64,000 nt of DNA. It comes from Takakia lepidozioides (Eukaryota; Plantae; Bryophyta). Numbering within the stretch: position 1 is the first letter of the stretch; every line of letters begins with the position of its first letter. Made by a program: the position numbers and the translations under genes. The stretch lies in NCBI GenBank assembly GCA_030704615.1, contig CM060732.1, forward strand, positions 69,564,001 through 69,628,000, read 5' to 3'. This document shows, one piece after another, positions 63,394 through 64,000 of the stretch. The notes beneath the pieces are model-generated. The model saw only the letters and a program-made list of their open reading frames with translations, was not told where the DNA came from and did not search any database.

Positions 63394-64000
63394 TTAGCGA
63401 TCTTCCATTGCTGCCAGAGCTTCATTGATGCCTTCCAATGCATCCGCAGACAAGGTGAAGACCGCATCCTTGCCTTTGACTCGATATGTCGCTGGAGGCA
63501 TAGCAAATTTGATAGCCCTCACCAAATGCGAATACAGAAATGCCAAAGGCTGGTCAGATAGGAACTTGTAAGCCTTATCTCTTCTTCCACACAACTGGTA
63601 ATATCTCCTTGCAACCACATGCTCGCCAGGGTCAAAAGTACTTCCCCACCCATCTGTGAATGTCTCCATAACAACGTGAACCGGCCTTTCACAACAGAGC
63701 AAGTAGAAGTCCACCCCTTCTGAGTTTCCAGCTTCAGCATTGCAGGCAAAATAGTCCCCTGCATCCAAGCAGGAGGCCAAGTCCTCCCCATCTCCCCCAA
63801 ACTCCTGTTCTTCATCCCCTTCTTCTTCAATCTGCCTCCGGACAGCAGTTGTATTTGTAGGTTGCAGGGTTTGCAACTTCCATTTTTGTGCATGAGCAAT
63901 ACTGATGCAGTTGTCCCAATCAAGATCCAAACAATGCAGACAAAAACATGCTAAGTCTCGAACCATAAGTTTGGTTGGGTCTGACTTGTTCCTCCCAAGA
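63394..64000 (-). CDS. 3' end of a gene running off the window; possibly the C-terminus of a DNA-transposon transposase (Sola-like?)
   Basis: Open frame of more than 190 aa with RDLACFCLHC..C..W Cys cluster and GDYFA..DFYLLCC segment. The family assignment is from memory and tentative. Confidence 0.4.
   Translation of the reverse strand, partial: LGRNKSDPTKLMVRDLACFCLHCLDLDWDNCISIAHAQKWKLQTLQPTNTTAVRRQIEEEGDEEQEFGGDGEDLASCLDAGDYFACNAEAGNSEGVDFYLLCCERPVHVVMETFTDGWGSTFDPGEHVVARRYYQLCGRRDKAYKFLSDQPLAFLYSHLVRAIKFAMPPATYRVKGKDAVFTLSADALEGINEALAAMEDR

Overview
Land-plant nuclear DNA (spliced genes; bryophyte-like by inference). The first 9 kb hold two ordinary convergent host genes: PsaD (+) and an SC35-like (SCL) SR splicing factor (-). 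From about 11.5 kb to the end is a nested transposon island. It contains a complete Ty3/Gypsy LTR retrotransposon (35042-62121; ~1 kb LTRs, AAGGC target-site duplication (TSD), tRNA-Arg-like PBS, decayed gag-pol, extra 5' ORFs, a long 3' accessory ORF) and an inverted, truncated relative (14925-~27280). Each retroelement carries an independent insertion of the same Mutator-like DNA transposon (MULE) in the same accessory ORF: 13.7 kb at 45175-58867 and a 7.1 kb deleted copy at 16610-23748. The main candidate new system is this MULE. It encodes an intact GCM-like/MULE/SWIM transposase head-to-head with a multi-exon gene fusing a ParB/Srx-like domain to a beta-class N4/N6 DNA amino-methyltransferase-like domain. 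Its non-coding DNA carries roughly 30-40 copies of the palindrome TTTCGGCGCCGAAA spaced at near-integral helical turns (~63 bp). A relic of a diverged sister family (12081-14924) has the same head-to-head layout but a different palindrome (CAACCTTGCGT-NN-ACGCAAGGTTG, ~85 bp spacing). This suggests a ParB/parS-like, family-specific self-recognition or anti-silencing module. All domain calls come from motif recognition by eye; no database searches were run.
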